In this document: positions 19,079 to 28,309 of the stretch, piece by piece
Layout of the letters: each line of letters begins with the position of its first letter
Numbering within the stretch: the first letter of the stretch is position 1
Assembly (NCBI GenBank): GCA_964291625.2
Contig: OZ220089.1
Location: forward strand, 3,104,001-3,168,000
Source: Candidatus Latescibacterota bacterium
Lineage (GTDB): Bacteria; Latescibacterota; UBA2968; UBA8231
Length of the DNA stretch: 64,000 nt
Direction: 5' to 3'
Notes under the pieces: model-generated
What the model was told of the DNA's origin: nothing
What the model saw: only the letters and a program-made list of their open reading frames with translations
Database searches by the model: none
Translations under genes and position numbers: made by a program

Positions 19079-22000
19079 GTCCCGCCAACGGCAACCACGA
19101 GGAACGGCCCGGACCGCTCGCCTACATGGCGGGCAACGGAGTGGCCGCCAATCTGCTGATGTGGGCCATCATCGCCGCCGGGCTGGTGTCGCTCACCGGC
19201 ATCGAGCGGGAAGCCTGGCCGACCACCCCCTTCTACCATATCGAAGTCTCCATGGCCTATCCCGGCGCCACGCCGGAGGAGATCGAGGAGTCGATCGTCG
19301 TCAAGATCGAGGACCAGGTCAGCGGGCTGGATGACGTGAAGGCGGTCAAGTCCGTAGCGGCCCCGGGCATGGCCTCCGTGCGCGTCCAGATGGACTTCGA
19401 CACGGACATGGCCCGGGCCCAGGACGATATCGAGTCCGCGGTCAATCGCATACAGTCCTTCCCGGCCGGCGCCGAACGTCCCCGGTTCCGGGAGATGAAC
19501 AACCGCATGAGCATGATGCGGCTCATCGTCCACGGCGATGTCTCCGAGCGCTCGCTGAAGGAACTGGCGCACCAGATCGAGGACGACCTCACCACGCTGC
19601 CCTCCGTCTCCCAGGTGGAAGTCAGCGGCGTCCGGAGCTACGAGATCTCCATCGAGGTGCCCCTTGCCCGCCTGAGGGCCCTCGGGCTCACGCTCGACGA
19701 CATCGCCGGCACGATCCGCCGCAGTTCCCTGGACCTGTCGGCCGGCAGCATCGATACCCGCGAGTCCCAGGTGCGGGTCCGCACCCTCGGCCAGAACTAC
19801 GACCAGCAGGACTTCGAGGAGATCGTCCTTCTCAGCGGCCGTGACGGCACGGTCCTGCGTCTCGGCGACATCGCCGAGGTCCGCGACGGTTTTCAGCAGA
19901 CCGACCTGATCGTCCGGCACCAGGACCGGCCGGCCGTGTTCGTGGAGGTCTTCCGGGCCGACGGCGAGCAGGTGATGGATGTGGCCACGAGCGTCCGGGA
20001 GCACCTGGCGAACGAGGTGGTCCCGGCCCTGCCCGACGGGGTGGGAGTCACCATCTGGAACGACGAATCCCAGGCGTATGAGGAACGGGCCGATCTGCTC
20101 CTCAAGAACGGTGTCCTCGGCCTGTTGCTGGTGCTGATCGCGCTCAGCCTGTTCCTCGAAGTCCGCCTCGCCCTGTGGGTCTCCGTGGGCCTCGTCGTCT
20201 CGGGCATGGGCGCCCTCGCCGTCATGATGGCATTCGACGTGGCGATCAACACCATCAGCCTGTTCTCCTTCGTCCTCGCCATAGGGATCGTCGTCGACGA
20301 TGCCATCGTCGTGGCCGAGCACATTCGATACGAACGCAAGCGGGGAACACCCGGGGTGGCGGCCGCGATCCGGGGTGTGCGGCGGATCAAGGTGCCCTTG
20401 ACCTTCGCCGTCCTCACTTCGGTGGTGGCCTTCGTCCCGCTGCTGTTCATCCCGGGCGGCGTCGGTGACGTGTGGCGGGCCCTGCCGATCATCCTCATCG
20501 CCATGCTGCTGGTCTCCCTCGTGGAATCGCTGCTGGTGCTGCCCAACCACCTGTCCCATCTGCACGGCCCGGAATGGGTGCCGGGCAATCCCTTCGACCG
20601 GTTCTTCGCCGGGCTCCAGGGCCGTGTCGACTCGCTGCTGAACCGGTTCGTGCAAGGGCCCCTGGACCGGGCCCTGCGGTTCGCCACGGACCAGCCCGGG
20701 GTGACGATGGCGGGGGCCGTGGGAATGCTCGTGCTGAGCATCTCCCTGCTGCCGGCGGGGATCGTCCCTACCACGCTGGCGGCGGACGTGGAGGGGGACA
20801 TCGCGACGGCCGTCCTGGAGATGCCCGACGGCGCGACCGCTTCGAGGACCTACGAAGTGGCGCAGGAACTCGAGGCCGCGGGCCACCGGGTCATCGAGCG
20901 GCTCTCGCGCGGCCGGCCCGGGGACGCGCCGCCGCTGCTGACCGGGGTCACGTTGACCGTGGGCCTGGGCTCGAGACTCGAGGGCGGGCTCAACCCGGAG
21001 CCAACCCTGAATCCGCAAGCCAATATCGCCACCATCGAGTTCAAGCTCCTGGGAGCCCAACAGAGGGAGATCTCCACCGGGGAGGTGGTGCAGGCGTGGC
21101 GGGAGGAGGTGGGTGTCCTGCCCTACGTTCGCGGCCTCACCTTCACCAGCGAGATCTTCACCCTGGGCAACCCGGTGGAGGCGGTGCTGTCCCATCCGGA
21201 CCCGGAGCGCCTCGCCCAGATCGCCGACACGGTGGTCGAGGGCCTCCGGGGAGTGGGAGGCGTCTACGACATCCGGTCGGACCACACTCCCGGCATCCCG
21301 GAATTCCAACTGGAGTTGCGGCCGGAAGCGCGGACCCTCGGTCTCACGGTGCAGGAGCTGGCGGGGCAGGCGCGCGCCGCCTTCTTCGGCGCCGAGGCCG
21401 TCCGGGTGCAGCGCGGCCGGGAAGAGGTGCGGGTCTACGTGCGTCTGCCCGGGGAAGAGCGGAACTCCATCACCGATGTCGAAGGCTACCTGGTGCGCAC
21501 GCCGGGGGGGGCCGAGGTCCCGGTCATCAGCGTCGCCTCCGTGAACCCGGGGGTGTCGCCCACGGCGGTCCGGCGCAGGGATGGCCAGCGCGTCGTCACG
21601 GTCACCGCCGACGTGGACCCTTCGGTGATCTCCGGCGACGAAGCCAACGAGATCCTGGCCAGTTCGATCCTCGCGGACCTGACCGCCGTGTACCCGGCCC
21701 TGACATACACGTTCGGTGGGGAACAGCAGCAGCAGCTGGAGTCCCTGGACGCGCTCTACCGCGGCTTTGCCGTCGCCCTGATCATGATCTTCGCGCTCCT
21801 CGCCATCCCCCTCCGCTCGTATACCAAGCCGTTCATCATCATGGCCGTGATCCCCTTCGGCTTCATCGGCGTGATCCTGGGCCACTGGATCCTGGGAGTC
21901 GCCCTGAGCGCCGTCTCCTTCATGGGGATCTTCGGTCTGAGCGGGGTGGTGGTGAACGATTCCCTGGTCATGATCGATTTCATCGATCAGAAACTCGGGG

Positions 22001-22269
22001 AAGGCTCCCCGGCCAGAGCTGCGATCGTGGAGGGCGCCAAGGGGCGCTTCCGTCCGATCATGCTCACTTCGGTGACGACCTTCCTCGGCTTCACGCCCCT
22101 CATCCTGGAACGCGCCATCCAGGCCCAGTTCCTGGTCCCCTTTGCGGCGTCGCTCGGTTGCGGCATTCTCTTCACCACGGCCATACTCATGATGGTCGTT
22201 CCCGCGCTGTGCACCATACATCTGCGTCTGATGGCCTGGCGGCGCCCCTCCGCCGCCACTACCGCGTGA
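19075..22269 (+). CDS. RND efflux permease (AcrB/AcrD/AcrF family)
   Basis: 1064 aa; GIVVDDAIVVAE, SGVVVNDS, RFRPIMLTSVTT. Confidence 0.92.
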   Translation: MSPANGNHEERPGPLAYMAGNGVAANLLMWAIIAAGLVSLTGIEREAWPTTPFYHIEVSMAYPGATPEEIEESIVVKIEDQVSGLDDVKAVKSVAAPGMASVRVQMDFDTDMARAQDDIESAVNRIQSFPAGAERPRFREMNNRMSMMRLIVHGDVSERSLKELAHQIEDDLTTLPSVSQVEVSGVRSYEISIEVPLARLRALGLTLDDIAGTIRRSSLDLSAGSIDTRESQVRVRTLGQNYDQQDFEEIVLLSGRDGTVLRLGDIAEVRDGFQQTDLIVRHQDRPAVFVEVFRADGEQVMDVATSVREHLANEVVPALPDGVGVTIWNDESQAYEERADLLLKNGVLGLLLVLIALSLFLEVRLALWVSVGLVVSGMGALAVMMAFDVAINTISLFSFVLAIGIVVDDAIVVAEHIRYERKRGTPGVAAAIRGVRRIKVPLTFAVLTSVVAFVPLLFIPGGVGDVWRALPIILIAMLLVSLVESLLVLPNHLSHLHGPEWVPGNPFDRFFAGLQGRVDSLLNRFVQGPLDRALRFATDQPGVTMAGAVGMLVLSISLLPAGIVPTTLAADVEGDIATAVLEMPDGATASRTYEVAQELEAAGHRVIERLSRGRPGDAPPLLTGVTLTVGLGSRLEGGLNPEPTLNPQANIATIEFKLLGAQQREISTGEVVQAWREEVGVLPYVRGLTFTSEIFTLGNPVEAVLSHPDPERLAQIADTVVEGLRGVGGVYDIRSDHTPGIPEFQLELRPEARTLGLTVQELAGQARAAFFGAEAVRVQRGREEVRVYVRLPGEERNSITDVEGYLVRTPGGAEVPVISVASVNPGVSPTAVRRRDGQRVVTVTADVDPSVISGDEANEILASSILADLTAVYPALTYTFGGEQQQQLESLDALYRGFAVALIMIFALLAIPLRSYTKPFIIMAVIPFGFIGVILGHWILGVALSAVSFMGIFGLSGVVVNDSLVMIDFIDQKLGEGSPARAAIVEGAKGRFRPIMLTSVTTFLGFTPLILERAIQAQFLVPFAASLGCGILFTTAILMMVVPALCTIHLRLMAWRRPSAATTA

Positions 22270-22299
22270 TGCGCGTCAGATGCGGGGAGGCGAGAGACG

Positions 22300-24333
22300 A
22301 TGGCTGACTCGACCGAGGGTTTGACGACCCAACCGCTGACTCTGACTCAGGAACTCATCCTCATGCTCCTCAGCGAGGAGACCGGCTACTTTCACCAGGT
22401 ACCCGGATGGCATCTGCACTGCGCCGTCATCGGCGCCGTGCTCGCGGAGCTTTCACTCCAATCTCGCATCGACACCGACATGGAGTCCCTGTTCCTCGTG
22501 GACGAGTCGGAGACGGGCAACCCGGCCCTGGACCCCATTCTGAAGGAGATTGCAGCCGAGTCCGTTCAACGGAACGCCCAGTACTGGATCGAACGGCTCG
22601 CTCCCCGGGCGGAGTCGATCATCGATTCGGTCCTGGACCGCCTGGTGGACCTGAAGATCCTGGAGTACCACGATGGGGAATTCTGGACACTGGCTCCCAC
22701 CGTCTGGCATGGGGAACTGCCCGACCAGTCGGAAGAGGGCAATGCAGGCCAGTTCATAAAGACGCGGATCAGCAGGGTCATCTTCACCGACGAGATTCCC
22801 GATCCGAGAGATGTGATCATCATCTGCCTCGTCAATACCTGCGACATCTTTCGTTTCATATTCCAGCTCGACGAGGAGGCGGAGGAGCGCATCGAGTTCA
22901 TCTGCAGGATGGACCTGATCGGCCGCTCCCTGGCCGCCGCGGTCTCTCAGAACCTCGCCGTCCCGTCCCTTCAAAGTTCTGCCCTCCACAGGAAGATTCC
23001 GACGGTCTCCCTGACCAGGCTGCTGCGCAACCCCCATGCTCGAGACGGCAACCTGAACGCGCTCTTCGGGAACCTGGCGGAGGAGTACGGCCCGGTCTTC
23101 CAGATCCGCCCTCCTCTCTCGAAGCCCATGATTTTCCTGGCCGGACCCGAAACGAACCGCTGGGTGCACAAGCGCGGGCGCATGTACCTGAGAGCCAGGG
23201 ACTACTTCAGCGACTTCGAGAAGGTCTACGGCGCCTCCGGCGTCCTGCCCGCCCTGGACGGGGCCGATCACTTCCGGCTTCGCAAGTCCTTGTCGCCGGC
23301 CTATTCCGGCGGCAGGCTGGGAGGGCAGCTGGACCAGCTCTACAACCTGGGGCGCAAGTACCTGGCGAGCCTGACGGTCGGGGACTCCTACCGCGCCACG
23401 TCCATGTGCCGGGAGATGGTGAACGCCCAGCTCTCGCCACTCTTCATCGGCGTCGACACCCAGGACCTCATGGACGACCTGATGGCCTACAAAATGCGGG
23501 CCCTCAGCGTACACGTGGCCAAGGTCCTGCCCAAGTTCACGCTCAACACCCCGGGCATGAAACGCCGGGCGAAAGCCCTGGACACACTGATGGAGCGGGT
23601 CCAGGGCGTCCATACCCCCGCCCAACGGGCGGACTCCCCGCGGGACCTGGTGGACGATTACCTCAGCCTCCACGCGAGCGACCCCCAGTTCCTCCCGGAG
23701 TCCAACCTGCGGTTCGCCTTCTCGGCGGCCCTGATTGCCAGCGTGTACCTCGGCGACACGTTCAGCCTCGTAGTCTACGCCATGGCGTCGCAGCCCGACC
23801 TCTACGCCAGGATCCAGGCCGAAGCCGATGCCCTCTTCGCCAAGGGCGACCCCGGGAGAGAGGAGTTCACCCCCGCCAACATCGACGTGACGCACCGGTT
23901 CCTCATGGAATGCCTGCGCATGTACCCCATCGTCTCCATGTCCATTCGGAACGTGATGAACACGTGCGTGGTCGAGGACTACGAGCTGCCCGTGGGGGAA
24001 CGGCTCCACATCGCCATGACCGCCACACACTACATGAGCGACATCTTTCCCGACCCCGGCAAGTTCGACATCGACCGCTACCTGCCGCCGCGCCAGGAGC
24101 ATCGCAGCCCCGGGTACGCCCCGTACGGGCTGGGCACGCACAAGTGTCTCGGCACCCGGTGGATGGAGCTGCACCTGGCGGCGAACCTGCTGATGCTGGC
24201 GCACTACTTCACGATCGAGGTGACGCCGGAGAAGTTCAAGTCCAGGCTCCGTTTCAGTCCGTTCCCGTCGCTGAAGCCGAGCAAGAAGCTGAGGTTCCGC
24301 ATCTCCGGGCAGAGGCGCGAGCTGCCCGCCTGA
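22300..24333 (+). CDS. Cytochrome P450 with N-terminal GPP34/GOLPH3-like domain
   Basis: N-term LTLTQELILMLLSEETG...GAVLAELSLQSRI (GPP34 pattern); C-term ECLR (ExxR), FDIDRY, YGLGTHKCLG heme-Cys. Confidence 0.85.
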   Translation: MADSTEGLTTQPLTLTQELILMLLSEETGYFHQVPGWHLHCAVIGAVLAELSLQSRIDTDMESLFLVDESETGNPALDPILKEIAAESVQRNAQYWIERLAPRAESIIDSVLDRLVDLKILEYHDGEFWTLAPTVWHGELPDQSEEGNAGQFIKTRISRVIFTDEIPDPRDVIIICLVNTCDIFRFIFQLDEEAEERIEFICRMDLIGRSLAAAVSQNLAVPSLQSSALHRKIPTVSLTRLLRNPHARDGNLNALFGNLAEEYGPVFQIRPPLSKPMIFLAGPETNRWVHKRGRMYLRARDYFSDFEKVYGASGVLPALDGADHFRLRKSLSPAYSGGRLGGQLDQLYNLGRKYLASLTVGDSYRATSMCREMVNAQLSPLFIGVDTQDLMDDLMAYKMRALSVHVAKVLPKFTLNTPGMKRRAKALDTLMERVQGVHTPAQRADSPRDLVDDYLSLHASDPQFLPESNLRFAFSAALIASVYLGDTFSLVVYAMASQPDLYARIQAEADALFAKGDPGREEFTPANIDVTHRFLMECLRMYPIVSMSIRNVMNTCVVEDYELPVGERLHIAMTATHYMSDIFPDPGKFDIDRYLPPRQEHRSPGYAPYGLGTHKCLGTRWMELHLAANLLMLAHYFTIEVTPEKFKSRLRFSPFPSLKPSKKLRFRISGQRRELPA

Positions 24334-24344
24334 GGGCCCACGGA

Positions 24345-25379
24345 ATGGGGCTGGCGAAACTGTCGAGAGGGCTGAGAGACGCGTACCGGGGATCGGGCGT
24401 CGCGGCTCGAGTCCGGCACTTCCACGGCTGGCTCGACAGGGCGGCGCCGGAGGCTGGCGGCGCGGGCGGGTACGACCACACGGAGACGGTCAAGGACTAC
24501 TACGACCTCTGCAGCGGCTTCATGGTGTGGGGCTGGGGCGAGTCCCTGCACTTCGCGCCCCTCGCGCCTCATGAGAGTCTGGAGGAGTCCAAGGTCCGCC
24601 ACCAGCGGATGATGATCTCCGAGTTGGAGCTGCAACCGGGTATGACGGTGGTCGACGTGGGTTGTGGAGTCGGCGGCCCCATGCGCCGCGTCGTCCGCGA
24701 GGCCGGGGTCAGGGTCGTGGGTGTCAACATCAACGAGATCCAGTTGCAGGAGGCGAAGAGGTTGACCGCCGAGGCGGGGCTCGATCACATGGTCGACTTC
24801 GAGACGTGCAGCTTCATGGACATGAGCGCCATCGAGGACGACACCTTCGACCGGGGGTATGCCATCGAGTCAACGTGCCATGCGCCGGACAAGCAGCGCT
24901 CTTTCGCGGAGATACTGCGCGTGCTGAAACCGGGCGGCCTGCTCTGGGGGCAGGAGATGTGTCTGACGGACCGGTTCGATCCCAAGGACGACCGGCACCG
25001 GGCCATCAGGCAGGATCTCATGCACGGCATTGCGCTGAAGGAGATCGCCACCTTCGGGGAAGTGAATCAGGCGCTCGAAGCGGCGGGATTCCAACTCGTG
25101 CAAGGGATGGACCGGGGCGTCCAGGAGGGACCCTCCACGCCCTGGTACCAGCCCATGGTGGGTCGCCACGGGACGTTGGGGAACGCTCTTCGCAGGCTTC
25201 CGTGGGGCCGCAAAGGGGCCATCGCAGGATCGAAGCTGGCTGAAGTACTGCGGATTTTTCCGAAGGGCTCGGCGGAGGTCGTCCGGCTTCTCGATCGCAC
25301 CGCGGAGGCTTACATCGCGGGCGGCAAGGCGGGCATCTTCACGCCCCTGTACTGTTTCCTGGCTCGCAAGCCGCTGTAG
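24345..25379 (+). CDS. Sterol C-24-methyltransferase (SMT/Erg6-like)
   Basis: YYD...WGWGESLHFAP, VDVGCGVGGPMR, YAIESTCHAP, LKPGG, C-terminal GIFTPLYCFLARKP. Confidence 0.85.
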   Translation: MGLAKLSRGLRDAYRGSGVAARVRHFHGWLDRAAPEAGGAGGYDHTETVKDYYDLCSGFMVWGWGESLHFAPLAPHESLEESKVRHQRMMISELELQPGMTVVDVGCGVGGPMRRVVREAGVRVVGVNINEIQLQEAKRLTAEAGLDHMVDFETCSFMDMSAIEDDTFDRGYAIESTCHAPDKQRSFAEILRVLKPGGLLWGQEMCLTDRFDPKDDRHRAIRQDLMHGIALKEIATFGEVNQALEAAGFQLVQGMDRGVQEGPSTPWYQPMVGRHGTLGNALRRLPWGRKGAIAGSKLAEVLRIFPKGSAEVVRLLDRTAEAYIAGGKAGIFTPLYCFLARKPL

Positions 25380-25404
25380 CAGGATCTTCCGGGACCTGAC
25401 GAGC

Positions 25405-26775
25405 GTGGCCGGACCGCGGCGGATCGCCATCGTCGGCGGAGGCGTTTCGGGACTCGGGGCCGCCTGGGCCCTGCAACGCCACCCCGACCGGTTCGACTTC
25501 CGCCTCTTCGAGGCCGGGGACCGGGTCGGCGGGAACGCGGTCACCGCCGACATGCCGCAGGACCACGGCCCCCCCATTCCCTTCGACATTTCGGTGACCG
25601 CCTGCATTCCGTCGGTCTACCGGCACATCCTCCTGTTGATGGAACAGTTCGGCATCGAGCTGGTCGATACCCGGTTCAGCTACAGCGTGAGGTACCGGGG
25701 CCGCGTCTACGCCCACGACTTCGAGTCCGAGATCAGGGATGAGCTGCGGGTCGAGATCGCCCGGTTCCAGCGGCTCCTGGGGCGCCTGCGCCGGATCGGC
25801 TGGCTGACCCGGTCCCGGTCGAGGTTCCTGAACGCTCTCAATCCCTTCAACTACATCAGCATGGGGACGGTCCTGAACCTGGGCGGCTTCTCCGGGGACT
25901 TCAGGTACAAGATCCTGAAGCCGATGTTCGTCAACTTCCTGATGGCGACCAACGTCTTCGACATGCCCGCGGCCCTCTTTGCGAGGTACCTCGAGTTCTT
26001 CGACATCGAGACCGCCACCCCCATGCAGACGTGGGACCGGGGAACGCGGCGGATCTACGAGCACCTGTGCGCCGGCTTCCGGGACAGGATCTACCTGGGC
26101 CGGCCGGTCCGCAAGGTCTGGCGCGAGTCGTCCCGCGTCGTGGTGGAGGACGAGGACGGGGAGCGGGAGGTTTTCGACGGGGTGATCTTCGCCTGCAACG
26201 CCAACCAGACGCTGATGATCCTCGACCGGCCGACGTTGATGGAGAGGCACCTGCTATCGTCGATACGCTACGAGAGCGAGCTCCACAACCACACGGTCGT
26301 CCACTGCGACGCCTCGGTACTTCCGGATGACGAGGCCAAGCCCCTGACGACGCGCAGCAATCACATCGAGCAGTACGGCGCCCGGCCGGACAACTACGAG
26401 ATCACCTACATCATGCACAACCAGCAGCCCTGGGCCAGGCAGTCGGACAGGCCCTGTCTGGTGACCTACAACCCGGTGAGCCCCATCGATGCGGAGAAGG
26501 TCATCGGAAGGTGGTGGTTCCAGCACATCGTCCATGACGTGCGCCACGTGGCCCTCCTCGTCCCCCTGTTCCGCTTCATCCAGGGGAAGAGGCGGACCTG
26601 GCACTGCGGCGCCCATACGCTGGTCAACAGCCAGGAGACCTGCTTCGTCAGCGGCCTGGCCGCGGCCCGGCAGATCGGCGCCGACTATCCCTTCGACGAC
26701 CCCGAGGCGAGACGGTCCTTCAACCACTACGGGAGCATCATGTACGGCTGGCGGTTCCGCAAAGCGAAGGGCTGA
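25405..26775 (+). CDS. FAD-dependent oxidoreductase (amine-oxidase/COG2907-like)
   Basis: IAIVGGGVSGLGAAW, FEAGDRVGG, QGKRRTWHCGA, SGLAAARQIG. Confidence 0.8.
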   Translation: MAGPRRIAIVGGGVSGLGAAWALQRHPDRFDFRLFEAGDRVGGNAVTADMPQDHGPPIPFDISVTACIPSVYRHILLLMEQFGIELVDTRFSYSVRYRGRVYAHDFESEIRDELRVEIARFQRLLGRLRRIGWLTRSRSRFLNALNPFNYISMGTVLNLGGFSGDFRYKILKPMFVNFLMATNVFDMPAALFARYLEFFDIETATPMQTWDRGTRRIYEHLCAGFRDRIYLGRPVRKVWRESSRVVVEDEDGEREVFDGVIFACNANQTLMILDRPTLMERHLLSSIRYESELHNHTVVHCDASVLPDDEAKPLTTRSNHIEQYGARPDNYEITYIMHNQQPWARQSDRPCLVTYNPVSPIDAEKVIGRWWFQHIVHDVRHVALLVPLFRFIQGKRRTWHCGAHTLVNSQETCFVSGLAAARQIGADYPFDDPEARRSFNHYGSIMYGWRFRKAKG

Positions 26776-26800
26776 CGGCCGGAGTGGAAGCGCTCCCGGT

Positions 26801-27853
26801 CTATCCCTCCGGACCGGGGTAGAACTGGCGGCAGTAGCGGCGGTACGCGCCGATGGGGCCGTCGGCGCGGCAGAGGCGGGGGGGCGTCCGGTAGCGTTTG
26901 CGTTCCCAGATCACCACGTCCTGGAGCACATCCCGCTTCTGCTGGGAGAGCAGGATCTGATTCATCAACCTCCTGCGCAGTTTCCCTGGCAGGAAACCGA
27001 GGCCGGAGATGAATCGCCGGGGTTTGCGGATCTCGCGCAGTTGGCTGACCAGGACAAGATCGAGGAGTGATCCATCGACAGGTGTGGGGAGTACCCACAG
27101 CCGCGCATGCATGTCGATCGTCTTCTCGTGGATCTCGACGAAGGAGTAGCCCAGGCCGTGGAGGTGGGTGACGGCCGAGACTTCGTACGCCTGGTCCTTT
27201 ACACCCAGTATCCGGCGAACCCGCTTGAAGTCGAAGCAACTCCGCAGGTAGGCGCCGTCGACCGTCAGTGAGCCGACGGGATTCACATTGTCGTAGCCGT
27301 GGACGTAGCGCAGGTGGCCCAGGTCCACGGAGTTCTCCGCCGTTTCCTGGGGATGGGCGCGGAACCGGAGGGTGCGGAATCCGAGGGGGCCCCACTCCTG
27401 GCCGGTGGCCGGGTCCTCCGGGAGGTGCCAGTGCGCGGGACGGCCGCCGCTCCCGAACCAGGCGAAGACCAGGCCGAGGACCTCCCGGGTCTCGTACACC
27501 TTCAGCCTGGCGGCTCTCGGGGCCGGGGCGTTGGGAGTGGCAACGCACTGGCCGGCGGCGTCGAACTCGAAGCCGTGAAAGGGACAGACGAGGCGGCCGT
27601 TGCACACCTTGCCGCCCACGCCGGGGCCCAGGGACGAGCCCAGGTGCGGGCACAGGGAGTCGGCCACGCATACACGGCCTTCGTCGTCGCACCAGACGAC
27701 GATCTCCTCGCCCAGCCAGGTCTTCTCGATCAGTCTCTCCCGCAGAATCGACTCACGGCTGGCGACGAAGTACCACCCCTCGGGGAAGGGGGGCAGGTCA
27801 CGATCGCCATCCGCGGCTGCGGTCCGCGGGGCCTCGGGTCCCGACGAAGACAT
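26801..27853 (-). CDS. Rieske non-heme iron oxygenase/desaturase (Neverland/KshA-like)
   Basis: PPFPEGWY, CPHLG...CPFHG Rieske motif, ENSVDLGHLRYVH Fe motif, QDVVIWERK. Confidence 0.8.
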   Translation of the reverse strand: MSSSGPEAPRTAAADGDRDLPPFPEGWYFVASRESILRERLIEKTWLGEEIVVWCDDEGRVCVADSLCPHLGSSLGPGVGGKVCNGRLVCPFHGFEFDAAGQCVATPNAPAPRAARLKVYETREVLGLVFAWFGSGGRPAHWHLPEDPATGQEWGPLGFRTLRFRAHPQETAENSVDLGHLRYVHGYDNVNPVGSLTVDGAYLRSCFDFKRVRRILGVKDQAYEVSAVTHLHGLGYSFVEIHEKTIDMHARLWVLPTPVDGSLLDLVLVSQLREIRKPRRFISGLGFLPGKLRRRLMNQILLSQQKRDVLQDVVIWERKRYRTPPRLCRADGPIGAYRRYCRQFYPGPEG

Positions 27854-27893
27854 GAATCCAATGTACGAAAGGTCCGGCCAGTATATTGGGGTC

Positions 27894-28301
27894 ATGACCT
27901 TCGAGAAGGCCGCGGCGTCGGACGTGGAGGAGCTGGCCGAGCTCAACCGGCAGCTCATCGAGGACGAGCGCCATCCCAACCCCATGGACCGCCCCCAGTT
28001 GGCCGAGCGCATGGCCGGCTGGCTGCGGGAAGGGTACACCTGCTACCTGGCGAGAGAGAGCGGGACGACCGTCGCCTACTGCCTCTACCGCGACGACGGC
28101 GACCACTACTACCTGCGCCAGCTCTTCGTCGCCCGGACCCATCGCCGGCGGGGCATCGCCACGGCGGTGATGGACTGGATGTACGCCAACATCTGGACCG
28201 ACAGGCGGGTCCGCCTCGACGTTCTCGCCCACAACGAGGAGGCCGCCGCCTTCTACCGGGCCTACGGGTTCCGGGTCGCCGTCCTGCGCATGGAGAAGTG
28301 A
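27894..28301 (+). CDS. GNAT family N-acetyltransferase
   Basis: LFVARTHRRRGIAT, NEEAAAFYRAYGF. Confidence 0.85.
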   Translation: MTFEKAAASDVEELAELNRQLIEDERHPNPMDRPQLAERMAGWLREGYTCYLARESGTTVAYCLYRDDGDHYYLRQLFVARTHRRRGIATAVMDWMYANIWTDRRVRLDVLAHNEEAAAFYRAYGFRVAVLRMEK

Positions 28302-28309
28302 CGGTCCGG

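Noticed and set aside
22407-24344. Apparent 990-aa ORF suggesting a long N-terminal extension on the SMT
   Set aside because: The upstream part is an off-frame shadow of the P450; SMT similarity begins at ATG 24345, after the P450 stop
16340-27853. De novo sterol biosynthesis cluster
   Set aside because: No squalene synthase, epoxidase or oxidosqualene cyclase in the window; only tailoring and transport functions are supported
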